Positions 53,361 through 64,000 of a stretch of 64,000 nucleotides of DNA are shown here, one piece after another; position 1 is the first letter of the stretch, and every line of letters starts with the position of its first letter. The position numbers and the translations under genes are program-made. Source of the DNA: Octopus vulgaris (taxonomy: Eukaryota); NCBI GenBank assembly GCA_951406725.2, contig OX597837.1:24180001-24244000 (forward strand), in the 5' to 3' direction. The notes beneath the pieces were generated by a model, which was not told the DNA's origin, made no database searches, and worked only from the letters and a program-made list of their open reading frames with translations.

Positions 53361-54141
53361 TCTTTTACTTGTTTCAGTCATTTGACTGTGGCCATGCTGG
53401 AGCACCGCCTTTAGTCGAACAAATCGACCCCGGGACTTATTCTTTGTAAGCCTAGTACTTATTTTCTCGGTTTCTTTTGCCGAACCGCTAAGTTATAGGG
53501 ACGTAAACACACCAGCATCGGTTGTCAAGCGATGTTGGGGGACAAACACAAACACACAAACATACACACACACACATACATATATCTCTCTATATATAAA
53601 CGGCAGTTTGTCTGTGCGTGTTTCTGTGTGTCTGTTTGCTTGTACCCTCACCCTGACCACGGCTTTCAACCGATTCTGATGAAACTTGACACACACATAG
53701 CCCAATGTCATAATTCAAAACTAACGCAGCCAAAATTTTGAAAAGTTTCCCAGTTCTGAAAAAAATCGATAAATTCGACATGGGGTCGAGAATCAGAAAC
53801 ACGAACCACAAACTGTCTAGGGGACGCAACTCCATCCTTTTTTAACTCTCAAAAAAAAATTTACCATCATTTTTTTCCATTTTTTTGCTATTTTTTGGCT
53901 ATAACTCTCTAAAAATGCTTTATAGTTATTTCCCTTACAAACCTGAGCAACGCCGGGCGATACTGCTAGTATATATATACATATATACGACGGGCTTCTT
54001 TTAGTTTCCGTCTACCAAATCCACTCACAAGGCTTTGGTCGGCCCGAGGCTATAGTAGAAAACACTTGCCCAATGTGCCACGCAGTGGGACTGAATCCGG
54101 AACCATGTGGTTGGTAAGCAAGCTACTTACCACACAGCCAC
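53361..54141 (-). mobile_element. SINE family A interrupted by a Helitron
   Basis: The SINE halves rejoin across the 53585-53969 insertion in the internal TA tract. Confidence 0.9.
53585..53969 (+). mobile_element. Non-autonomous Helitron
   Basis: A|TC ... CTAG|T with no TSD; same family as 4164-4548. Confidence 0.85.
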
Positions 54142-55468
54142 AATTGATATATCGTTATATTTCCTACTATTTTCGATATTTGTCTTAGCTGATAACAACA
54201 TCACTGAAGAGTAAAGATTATCTTTTCTCACATAACCACGGCAATATACGCAATGTGTCATGGTTGATTGCATCCATCTATGTGGAATAAAACTATTTTG
54301 ACTCACACACATATTCAACGCTATACAGGCTGTATGTTGTGACTGGTAACATCAGCTTTGTTATGTCTCAAATATTCACGAAAATAAAGTGTGTCATTGC
54401 TGGTCGCATCTCTCTCATTTATCCACCTCAAAACAGAGAGTGTCATCAACAGCAAAAATGATCTCTTTTTCATATCCAGTACAATACAGGATGTTAACAG
54501 TACAATTGTACAGAAGGCGGCAAGCTGGCAGAATCGATACCACACCAGGAAAATGCTTAGTGGGATTTCGTCCGTCTTTACGTTCTGAGTTCAAATTCTG
54601 CTGAGGTCGACTTTGCCTTTCATCCTTTCAGGGTCAATAAAATACGTACCAGTTGAGCACCGGGGTCGATTAATCAACTTACTCCCACCTCCGAAACTGT
54701 TGGTCTTGAGCCAAAATTTGAAGCCATCAACTTATCCCTGCCAAAATTCGAAATCAATATAAAAACACATATGCAAATAAAAAGCGGCGAGCATTTCGCC
54801 CGTCTTTACGTTCTGAGTTCATAATTCAACCAAGGTCAATCTTTGTCTTTCATCCTTTCGGGATCGATAAAATAAGTACCAGTCAAGAACTAGGGTTGAT
54901 GTAATCGACTTACCCTTCTCCCGAATTTGCTAGGTTTGTGTCAAAAATTAGGTTTAAAAATATGAAAGTTTCTTATACATGAATACTATTGTAATCCCGT
55001 ACAAAGCCTTTATTCCAAATTTTAAGCCCCCCAAATTAGGGGGTTCTTTATACAGTAAAATTGATCTGTCTCACATATCCATCACAGAAGAGACTTCGTG
55101 TCATGGATGGTTCTTCGTTGAAGAAGAAAACTGATCTGACTCACTTAATATCCATTTATAATACAGTATGACATGGCGGATGACATAACTACTGTAAAGT
55201 AAAATTGATCTGTGTCACGTTTCCATTACAATGCTGACATTGTATTTTATGTCTACTGACATCACCTTTGTTACGTGAAATTGGTCATTCTCACCTATCC
55301 ACCACAACTCAAGCTGTGTGTCGTGGTTAGTTACATCACCGTTGCGTAATAAAACTGACCTTTCTTACGTACCTACTAGAATACAGAAAGTGTCATAACA
55401 AGTATAAGAGAATAAAGGTACAGACGAGCAAACTGGTATGAGGTAAAAGTATGATATTTGTATATTTA

Positions 55469-56003
55469 CCGTATTTTAACGTGTATAAGGAACACCCTAA
55501 TTTGGGGGGGCTTAAAATTTGGAATAAAGGTGTTGTACGGGATTATAATACTATTCATGTATAAGAAGCTCTCATATTTTTAAACCTAATTTTTGGCAAA
55601 AAAGGGTTCCTTATACACGTTGAAATCTCTATGTATATAAAGCTGAAGTTGTCTGTGTGTGGCAGGTTTTGTAACCTTCAACTAACACTATCTCCTCCGA
55701 GACTCTGCGGCGCAAGTTGACCAAAATTGAGAGTATGATAGAAGAAGGCTTGCTCTTCCTTCCGTAGACGAAAAAATTCAAATCGGACCATATTAACACC
55801 AAAAATTATTTACATCAAAAAGGTGCTTTTTTCTATGAAAATTCCTATTCTTTACGATTTTTTGATTGCTGTGTCGCCATTTCTCGGTGTATTTCAACCA
55901 GAAAAATGTTCACTTTAAAGAGAATAACAAACTACATAATGCAAATCCAATTCTAAAGGGTCGAAACAAACCCGAGCAACGACGGGCGATACTGCTAGTA
56001 TGG
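55469..56003. mobile_element. Pogo/Tigger-like MITE with a Helitron inserted in its right TIR
   Basis: TA|CCGTATTTTAACGTGTATAAGGAAC ... GTTCCTTATACACGTTGAAA[insert]TATGG|TA; partial inverted copy at 54948-55053. Confidence 0.8.
55626..55998 (+). mobile_element. Non-autonomous Helitron (second subfamily, same 3' end)
   Basis: A|TC start; CCCGAGCAACGACGGGCGATACTGCTAG|T end. Confidence 0.85.
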
Positions 56004-56218
56004 TATATATTGGATTTAAATTTTGACACAAGCCTAGCAAGTTCGGGAGAAGGGTTAAGTCGATTACATAAACCCCAGTTCTCTACAGGTACTTATTTTA
56101 TCGACCCGAAAAGATGAAAGACAAAGTTGACCTTGGCTGAATTATGAACTCAGAACGTAAAGGCGGACGAAATGCTGCCAAGCATTTTGCCCGACGTACT
56201 AACGATTCTGCAAGCTCT

Positions 56219-56298
<80 letters not shown>

Positions 56299-56304
56299 GA
56301 GAGA

Positions 56305-56640
56305 GAGAAAGAATTCACGACAAAAAACAAATGACGAAGACTGGTGGTGTAGAAAACAAACAGATGTATTAGTACAACACTCGGGAATTGAAAGAAAGTA
56401 TTTAACGTTTCGAACCTATGCTCTTCCACAGAAAAGAACACAGAAAGAAACAAGAAGAGAAAAAATGTGTGTAATGGCTGCTGGTCTATCATGGCGAATG
56501 CTGGACAGAAGGGTCACACAGGAGAGCTAAGTAGTAGGGGAGATAACAAAGTAGTAGTGATCCCAAAACGAAAGTGCGCGTGTGTGTAAGAGAGTACGTA
56601 TGTGCGTGTGAAAGAGGGCTGGTAATCTTGACGTATGCGT
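56305..56640 (-). mobile_element. A6U-hammerhead Penelope-like element (longer copy)
   Basis: Motif at 56401-56434: CTGTGGA-A-GAGC-ATAG-GTTC-GAA-ACGT-T-AAA. Confidence 0.65.
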
Positions 56641-57249
56641 GTGTGTATATATATATTCTTTTCTACTCTAGGCACAAGGCCCGAAATTTGCAGGGAGGAG
56701 GCCGGTCGATTAGATCGACTCCAGTACGCAACTGGTGCTTAATTTATCGACTCCAAAAGAATGAAAGGCAAAGTCAATCTCGGCGGAATTTGAACTCAGA
56801 ACGTAAAGACAGGCGAAATACCGGTAAGCATTTTGCCCAGCGTTTGAACGTTTCTGCCAGCTCGCCATATATATATATATATTTATATATTGACACAACT
56901 TGACGGCAAAAATTAATGTTACTGATGTTAAGATCACAAGATAGCGATAAGATTGGTTGATGAATGTGACTGCCATAACTGTTAAAATCAGCATAGTACA
57001 GTAGATCTGATCTGTCTTACGTATCTACAACAATACACACTGTGTTTTCTTGTTTGTGCCCACGTAAAACCTATCCGTTTCATATATCTTCTGAGATTCC
57101 CATAATTTATTTCTTAAATACATTTGTTTTAGTTTTATTTCCTAAGCTTTCCTTTGAAAACAACACAGAGGACAATCGTGGGTGTTTTGTAAAATGTTAA
57201 TTAGCTTTGAATTTTACATTTCAGAAGAATTATGTAGACGAACGAAACT

Positions 57250-57342
<93 letters not shown>

Positions 57343-57345
<3 letters not shown>

Positions 57346-57475
57346 AGAATTCACAAAAAAAAAACAAAAGACGAAGACAAGTGGCGTAGACAACAAACAG
57401 ATGTATTAGTTTAACGCTCGGGTAGTGAAGAAGACTTTAACGTTTCGAGCCTAGGCTCTTCCACAGAAAGGAACA
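57343..57475 (-). mobile_element. A6U-hammerhead Penelope-like element
   Basis: Motif at 57435-57470: CTTT-CTGTGGA-A-GAGC-CTAG-GCTC-GAA-ACGT-T-AAAG. Confidence 0.7.
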
Positions 57476-57554
57476 CACGCACACACATATACATACACAT
57501 GTATGTATGTATGTATGTATGTATGTATGTATGTATGTATGTATGTATGTATGA

Positions 57555-57590
<36 letters not shown>

Positions 57591-57798
57591 CTCTTTTGCT
57601 TGTTTCAGTTATTAGACTGCGGCCATGCTGGGACACCGCCTTGCAGAATTTTAGTCGAACGAATCGACCCCAGTACTTATTTTTTTGTAAGGAGTGGTAC
57701 TTCTCTTTTGATGAAACCCACTACAGAGACGTAAACACACCAACACTGGTTGTTAAGCGGTAGTTGGGGACAAATACAGACACAAAATACACACACAC

Positions 57799-57863
<65 letters not shown>

Positions 57864-57922
57864 TAGACAGACAGATGGATAGATAGATAGACAGACAGAT
57901 AGACAGACAGACAGACAGTTAG

Positions 57923-57974
<52 letters not shown>

Positions 57975-58034
57975 CAGATAGACAGACAGACAGACAGACA
58001 GATAGACAGACAGACGGACAGACAGTCAGTTAGG

Positions 58035-58110
<76 letters not shown>

Positions 58111-58150
58111 TAGACAGATAGACAGACAGACAGACAGACAGTCAGTTAGG

Positions 58151-58238
<88 letters not shown>
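57799..58238. repeat. (GATA)n/(GACA)n array
   Basis: Direct inspection. Confidence 0.95.
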
Positions 58239-59768
58239 TGCGACAAGCCTCTTTCAATTCCCGTCCACCAAATCCACATGTGGTTAGGAAGCAAACTTCT
58301 TATCACTCCGTCGTGACTGCGCCTGAAAAATATACAAATATTACCCTGTTTTGGTACAAACTTCTATAATCTCCTTACCATTCTTTCTACTGTAGTCACT
58401 TCGACCGCGATAAACACCGCCTTTATTTTCACAACATTTCAACCCAACGGGAGTGTAGTTTCCATTTTGTTGTTTGACTCATTCACAACGACGTAGAATG
58501 AATCTTACGTGACAAGGAATTCTCTCTGAATTTACATATCACCAAATAAGAGTAAACAAAAGGATGTATTCATAGTTTTGGTTATTAAAAGAAAACTCCC
58601 CTTCCACCTCTCTTTTCTTTCTTTCTTTTTGTTTTCCTTTCTTTCTTGCTTTTTTTCTTTTTCATTGTTCATGTACGTCTCATTGTTATAGTGTGTTGGT
58701 TAGTTATGTATTCTTGTGAGGTAGACTGCGTGTGTAGGCGATGATTACTTCAAGTAATTTATTAACCAATATCATTATATTCACAAATGTGCACTCAACA
58801 AATTAATGAAACAACGTTCAATGAACCTAACGGTTAGGAATCAGGAATCGTCTCTATATAACTTGCTGAATATTATTATGGAACTAGCGTAAGGATTTTA
58901 AATCACTGCATATGATTAGTATGTATTGTTCGACATTACATATTAAGGTGGGTATCTTTTACCGTGAACGACATAAGTATTTAAAAACGAAAAATGAAAG
59001 TGGATGGGAGAGAAAACTTACTTAGACAAGAAACATCGATTCTCCTAGACACCTAAAGGCTGGCCCATTAAGTTAAGCAAATGGGGATAAAAGTAATACG
59101 ACCTGTAAAAACCTGTGATGGCTCTGCCTAAATTTGAATTGGCTGACTTTTTATTACTGTTGGCCCACAAGTTCTAGAAACTTCGACCAAACTGTTTAGC
59201 GAGGAAACTTGCACACTACCTTTGCAGTTTGCCGCCTCAGCAATAGATCTGTTAATGTCGATTGGTCAAGCTTCACTCACGTTGGCATTAAAACTTTTAT
59301 TGCGACATTTCCCTCTTTATGGAGATACATTACTTCGTAGTTCTAGACAGGAAAATGTGAGCCACTGCAATATATTCGAATAATTGTGTCTATGGTGTAT
59401 GCAATATGAGGGTATGTATCTACACACCGTGACAGGATGAGAGAAAAAGTGAGAAAGATGCGCACACACAAAGACATACATAGGTTCACAGTATACACAC
59501 ACAGACACATACATGCACACCCAGACGTACATATATACATATCGATATTGCGTGTGAGGGTACTTATAGTGGAAGGACTTTTTGGCACATTCCTGAATTT
59601 CAAAATAACTCTTTGGATAACAATTTGACTCTCTTCCCTTCTTTCTTTCCCTCGTCCTTTCCACCAGTCAGTATCTATCCTTTTTATGTTCCTCTCTTTC
59701 CCTCTGTTCCGCTTTCTTCATACATACATACATACATACATACATACATACATACATACATACATACA

Positions 59769-59800
<32 letters not shown>

Positions 59801-60954
59801 CGTACGTACGAACGTACGTACGTACGTACGTAGCGAGGCACAAAGAAGCGAGCGCCATTTTGAAACAACGAGATCTCGCCTGCGACCATTATTTAAGGAA
59901 AAGACAACATTTTCCCTCTCATTCTTCTCACGCTGACGCTGAGCAAGATTTCGAAGCCAGGGGCTCACAGCAGACTTTTGTCCCGCTGTGATACCACATG
60001 CAATATCTCCAGAGGTTAATGAATCTCACGTGTATGGGAGAGAAGGCTAACTACTGACTGCTATGTAGATGGTGACCGAAAGCAAACCCCTTGTACGAAG
60101 CACCTGTGAATAAACGGTTATTGAATTTACTCCGCCTGAGAACTTCATTCTTCGTATTTCCAGTTCCTTGAATAATTATAATGGAAGAAGAAGGTACCCC
60201 AAAAGTATTATAAAAACCTTCCTTCCATTATAAAATGGTGATCCCAGTCGAAAAGGACTTTCAGCAGCCGAAAGCTTCTATCGTTGTTAAAATGGCTCAC
60301 CCGAACGAACTTAGTTTCTAAATGCAGCAACGAGAGGACATTTTTCAAGCAAGCCGGCCATCAACTTCGCAGCCAGAGTTTCAATACGAAATTTCGCCAT
60401 CGTTACAATTCCTAAAAGAATGAGCTTCACACGAGGACGACTTCACACCTTATCTTCCAGTTGTTGAATGTTGTAGATATCCCCACTAACCGTTCGCTTC
60501 TCTGTGCTGCGCCTTGTGTCTTTCTATGTTCGTGTGTTCGCTCTACCTCAAAACAGAAAAGCGGTACAAACTTGTACACACGAATGATCAGAACAGAAGA
60601 ACCGCAAATTCGTCTCCTGCACGTTTTCCCCCGTGGTACCACGCCGCTCTGTAGACGAAGTAGACAAACGACGCCATTTTGAGAAACGATGAAAACTGCA
60701 AGGAACGAGCCAGTAAACTTGTAATGACGAGATTGTTTCCCGCCGTTTCGTTTTCGCCATTTTTCCTGTTGAAGCCAGGAGCCATTGTTCCTGTCTACTG
60801 CCATGTTCCGACGCCTCACATGTTGTCAGAGACAGAAAACCACCAATTCGCCCGCCAATTTCTGACGCCACCTTACAAAAAAAAAAAAAATGGAACAAAT
60901 ATTTTTTTTCAGCGGACTATAACACAGGTTTAGCGACTAAAAAAGAAAACTTTT

Positions 60955-61288
60955 TGGATCTTTTCGGTTTGAACGGCAGTTTTTAACATAATTTCTAGGT
61001 AACTAAAAAATTTTAAACTTCGTATACTGGTAGAATGTGTTTATAAAACATCTTTTTCTCTTGGCTTTATTGAGAAAATTCTATAGTTTGTAAGATATTT
61101 GTTCTTTTTTTTCTTCAATTTCTGCAATTTCAACCAATCAGTGACGTCTATTGAGGTAAAAAAAAACATTATGTGCCGCATGAATATGTCCCTCGTTTAA
61201 GAAACAGTTTGGGTTTATTTACATTTCTGAAGAAAAAAAGATACCCTCCCCTCCACCCCTAACCCTAACCCTAAAACAGATTGAAATG
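60955..61288 (-). mobile_element. Truncated copy of the TTAGGG-containing MITE
   Basis: Reverse complement of about 61837-62165. Confidence 0.8.
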
Positions 61289-61294
61289 TCCAAT

Positions 61295-61727
61295 TGATAC
61301 TGACCACAACAGCCGACTCCAATTCGCATTTCTGGGGGTGACACACGTGGTAGGTTTTCCAGATTGCCCATCGTCTTCCGCTATTGAAGCACCCGTGCTA
61401 CTCGAAACATTGCACACGACCCATTGCCTCGTCGCCGTAAGCCTGCCGAAACATGTCGATGTCACTATAGTAAGAGACTTCCCAAGTTTAACACGAATTT
61501 TCACGTTGGCTCTTTGTTCCAACTTCCTCTCCCCGACAAAATCACGAACTACAGCATACACGTGATCACAAAACACAAGCTTCACAACTTGCGAAGTAAA
61601 CCAAGCAATGTCACTCGACATAATGCCTCATGAAAGTTACTGGTAGCTCTCACTGCGCACGCAACTGTGTGCTGCCATCTGTTGGTGTGCTACAGAACTA
61701 GTCCAAAAACTTTTTGGTACCACCTCG
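61295..61727 (-). mobile_element. Mariner 5' remnant (TIR plus transposase N-terminus)
   Basis: TA|CGAGGTGGTACCAAAAAGTT TIR; EQRANVK..VKLGKS / DMFRQAYGDEAMGRVQCFE* / EDDGQSGKPTT. Confidence 0.85.
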
Positions 61728-61747
61728 TACATCCATTCCCTTTTGGA

Positions 61748-62165
61748 TGGATCTTTTCGGTTTGAACGGCAGTTTTTTCTAGTGGTGTCATATGAAATTC
61801 TCACCCATAATTGTGACCCTAATATCGATCTATTGCATTTCAATCTGTTTTAGGGTTAGGGTTAGGGGTGGAGGGAAGGGTATCTTTTTGTCTTCAGAAA
61901 TGTAAATAAACCCAATCTGTTTCTTAAACGAGGGACATATTCATACGGCACAGAATGTTTTCACCTCAATAGACGTCATTGATTGGTTGAAATTGCAGAA
62001 ATTGAAGAAAAAAACAACAAATATCTTACAAACTATAGAATTTTCTCAATAAAGCCAAGAGAAAAATGTGATTTATAAACATATTCTACCAGTATACGAA
62101 GTTTAAAAGTGTTTAGCTACGTGGAAATTATTTTAAAAAACTGTCGGTCAAACCGAAAAGATCCA
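61748..62165 (+). mobile_element. MITE with about 30-bp TIRs and internal TTAGGG repeats
   Basis: TGGATCTTTTCGGTTTGAACGGCAGTTTT / AAAACTGTCGGTCAAACCGAAAAGATCCA. Confidence 0.8.
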
Positions 62166-62749
62166 ATTGGATTTCTCAGCTGCGATAAATATCATTTCAC
62201 AAGGAGTGACAGCCAAGCAAATCATAAAAAATAAAAGACTTGTCAAAATTTTTTTAAAGATACACCCGCTTTGAATGAGTCACAAAACCACAACAGCGTT
62301 AGGGAACTACACCCACATCAAACACAGACAAGTCTGCTACCACTAGCAACGACAACAACCATCTAAACAGAAATAATACACACACAGCAAACTGATATGC
62401 AAACATATCAACAAAACACACCTACCCCAAAGTTTGTGCTAAGGAACACAAATAAAATCTGATATCTATAATGGAGGGGAAAAAAACGAAAACACTGAAA
62501 GAGAAGTCTACAAGTCCAGCACTTTCGAAGTGCGAAAAAAAAATTAATTAATTAAGCGAGATTTGGGACATATATAATATTGAGGGAGAATTTCCCGAAT
62601 GTTATGAAAGGTCCGAACGTAAGGGCCAGCATTAGGCTCCTAAAAAGTTTCCTAAAGGTAATTCAGAATTCTATGGAGACCGAGTCACCCAGGCTCCGGG
62701 ACCACCAAAAAGGTAAATAACCCATTTGCTATTCTATTTATCTTTTAAC

Positions 62750-64000
62750 CAGCATGATGACGGTTCTGAGAGCGGGATGTATAAATGCATATGGTCTGGG
62801 GTTACCCCAGCAGCAGAGTCACCTGCTCGGTGACTTGAGGTCGCTAGATTTGAATTTTTGATACCCATTAGCGAAACCAGGATTTCCAGTACTCATACTT
62901 GGAGATTTTGAGCTCTTTGTATCTCTTCGGCCCAAAATGGAGTACGGGGTGGTGGTGTGGTTTCAGAAAGGCCACGGTCTTGAAATACGGTCCATCTATC
63001 AGGACCCTGAAGGTCATGCCTTACTCCAGCTACTGTCTGATCAGGTTGGAGCATGTTTTATTCAGTTTCATGAGAAAGGAACGTGTTCTACTATTCAGGT
63101 GGTCCATCTGCGGCCAGTACCCTCCACAGGGTGGATTAGGCATGCTAAAACTGTGCCACGATTTCTAAGCGGTGAACGCGTGTTGACATAGTTTGTGGGG
63201 CACGTTGCTGAAGCTGCAGTCCTGGATGAAGCAAAAACCGAAACTGGGTGCCTGGTGTCTTGAATATCGTCAGGTGCTCACAGCACTCTACCAGTTGGAC
63301 AACGGGATCAGTGGATGTTCCATCAAGCAATCAGTAGAAGAGGATTATTGACAGGGAAGAGTCTCAACATCCTCGGGGAGACTCTGAACATCGAAAGGGC
63401 TTAACTGTTCTGGAGGATATCGAAATAGCTAATCTGTTCTTGAGGACTTACCAACTGAAGACCAGCATGGATAATTCCAGGAGTCCTTGACCTGACAGTG
63501 TTACCAACGCTCGCTACTGGTTAGAAATAAGTTTTACGAGCAAAGATGTGCACAGAGCGACACAACCATTCCGCACAAACTCGTTCGATGTCAACGAACA
63601 TTGCTGACTTATGAAGTTATGGAACGGACACTGCTACCAGCTGCGTCCATAGTGGTAAGTACCCAACCACTCTCTTTTAACAGGACAGAGAAAGCAGTTT
63701 TTCTTTGACTGATAGCCATGGCAAAAGAGTTTGTATGATGGACGAGCTGAAAAGTATGAGGATAGAGACATTCATCTTTGGTAGAGATTTTTCATGTTTC
63801 TCTTAAAAAGAAAATGATAGTGAACAAAGAGGAGCTGCTTGCGACTGAATTTCCTGAAAGGTTGGTAAGCGTGGATGGCACCATTCTAGGAAAAAGCCTT
63901 TGCCCTTGGTATTTAGGGAGATCTTGCATGATGGATTAGGATTTCCTGTATAAGAAAAATAGCATCACTATCATCCGTTTTTCCTACTGATGTATACCAT
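62750..64000 (+). mobile_element. Highly decayed, internally deleted Tx1/L1-like element
   Basis: AGCINAYGL..HLLGDLRSL..ISETR (APE N-terminus); AVFL*LIAMAKEFV* matches AVFILLVAMVKECVW in the 47420 element. Confidence 0.55.

Noticed and set aside
52225-57050. Leucine-rich-repeat pseudogene reading of the 72-bp repeat (KIDLSH)
   Set aside because: No conserved LRR Asn, unit length is not consistently a multiple of three, and stops are frequent.
61250-61875. Telomere fusion signature (CCCTAA then TTAGGG)
   Set aside because: Only 2-3 units, internal to two inverted MITE copies.

Overview
AT-rich eukaryotic genomic DNA, inferred to be coleoid cephalopod (Octopus-like) from its repeat complement; no database search was possible. 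The window is dominated by microsatellites, four tRNA-headed SINE families, and decayed fragments of non-LTR retrotransposons (Tx1/L1, R4/Dong-like, CRE-like, RTE), mariner, Helitrons and MITEs. Nearly all long ORFs in the supplied track are microsatellite artefacts. The only plausible host coding sequence is a minus-strand exon at 27545-27668 that resembles the N-terminus plus TM1 of a class A GPCR, with a candidate 5' UTR exon and promoter upstream. The most interesting signal is a set of short (TA)n-anchored Penelope-like elements carrying minimal type I hammerhead ribozyme motifs. These include a six-copy family with a fixed A6U core variant, a canonical relative, and fold-back copies, one of them a perfect 120-bp hairpin. 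Other notable structures are multimeric SINE insertions with a single TSD, microsatellite partitioning among retroelement clades, and locally templated inverted insertions. Coordinates were counted by hand; element boundaries are approximate unless a TSD or terminus is quoted.
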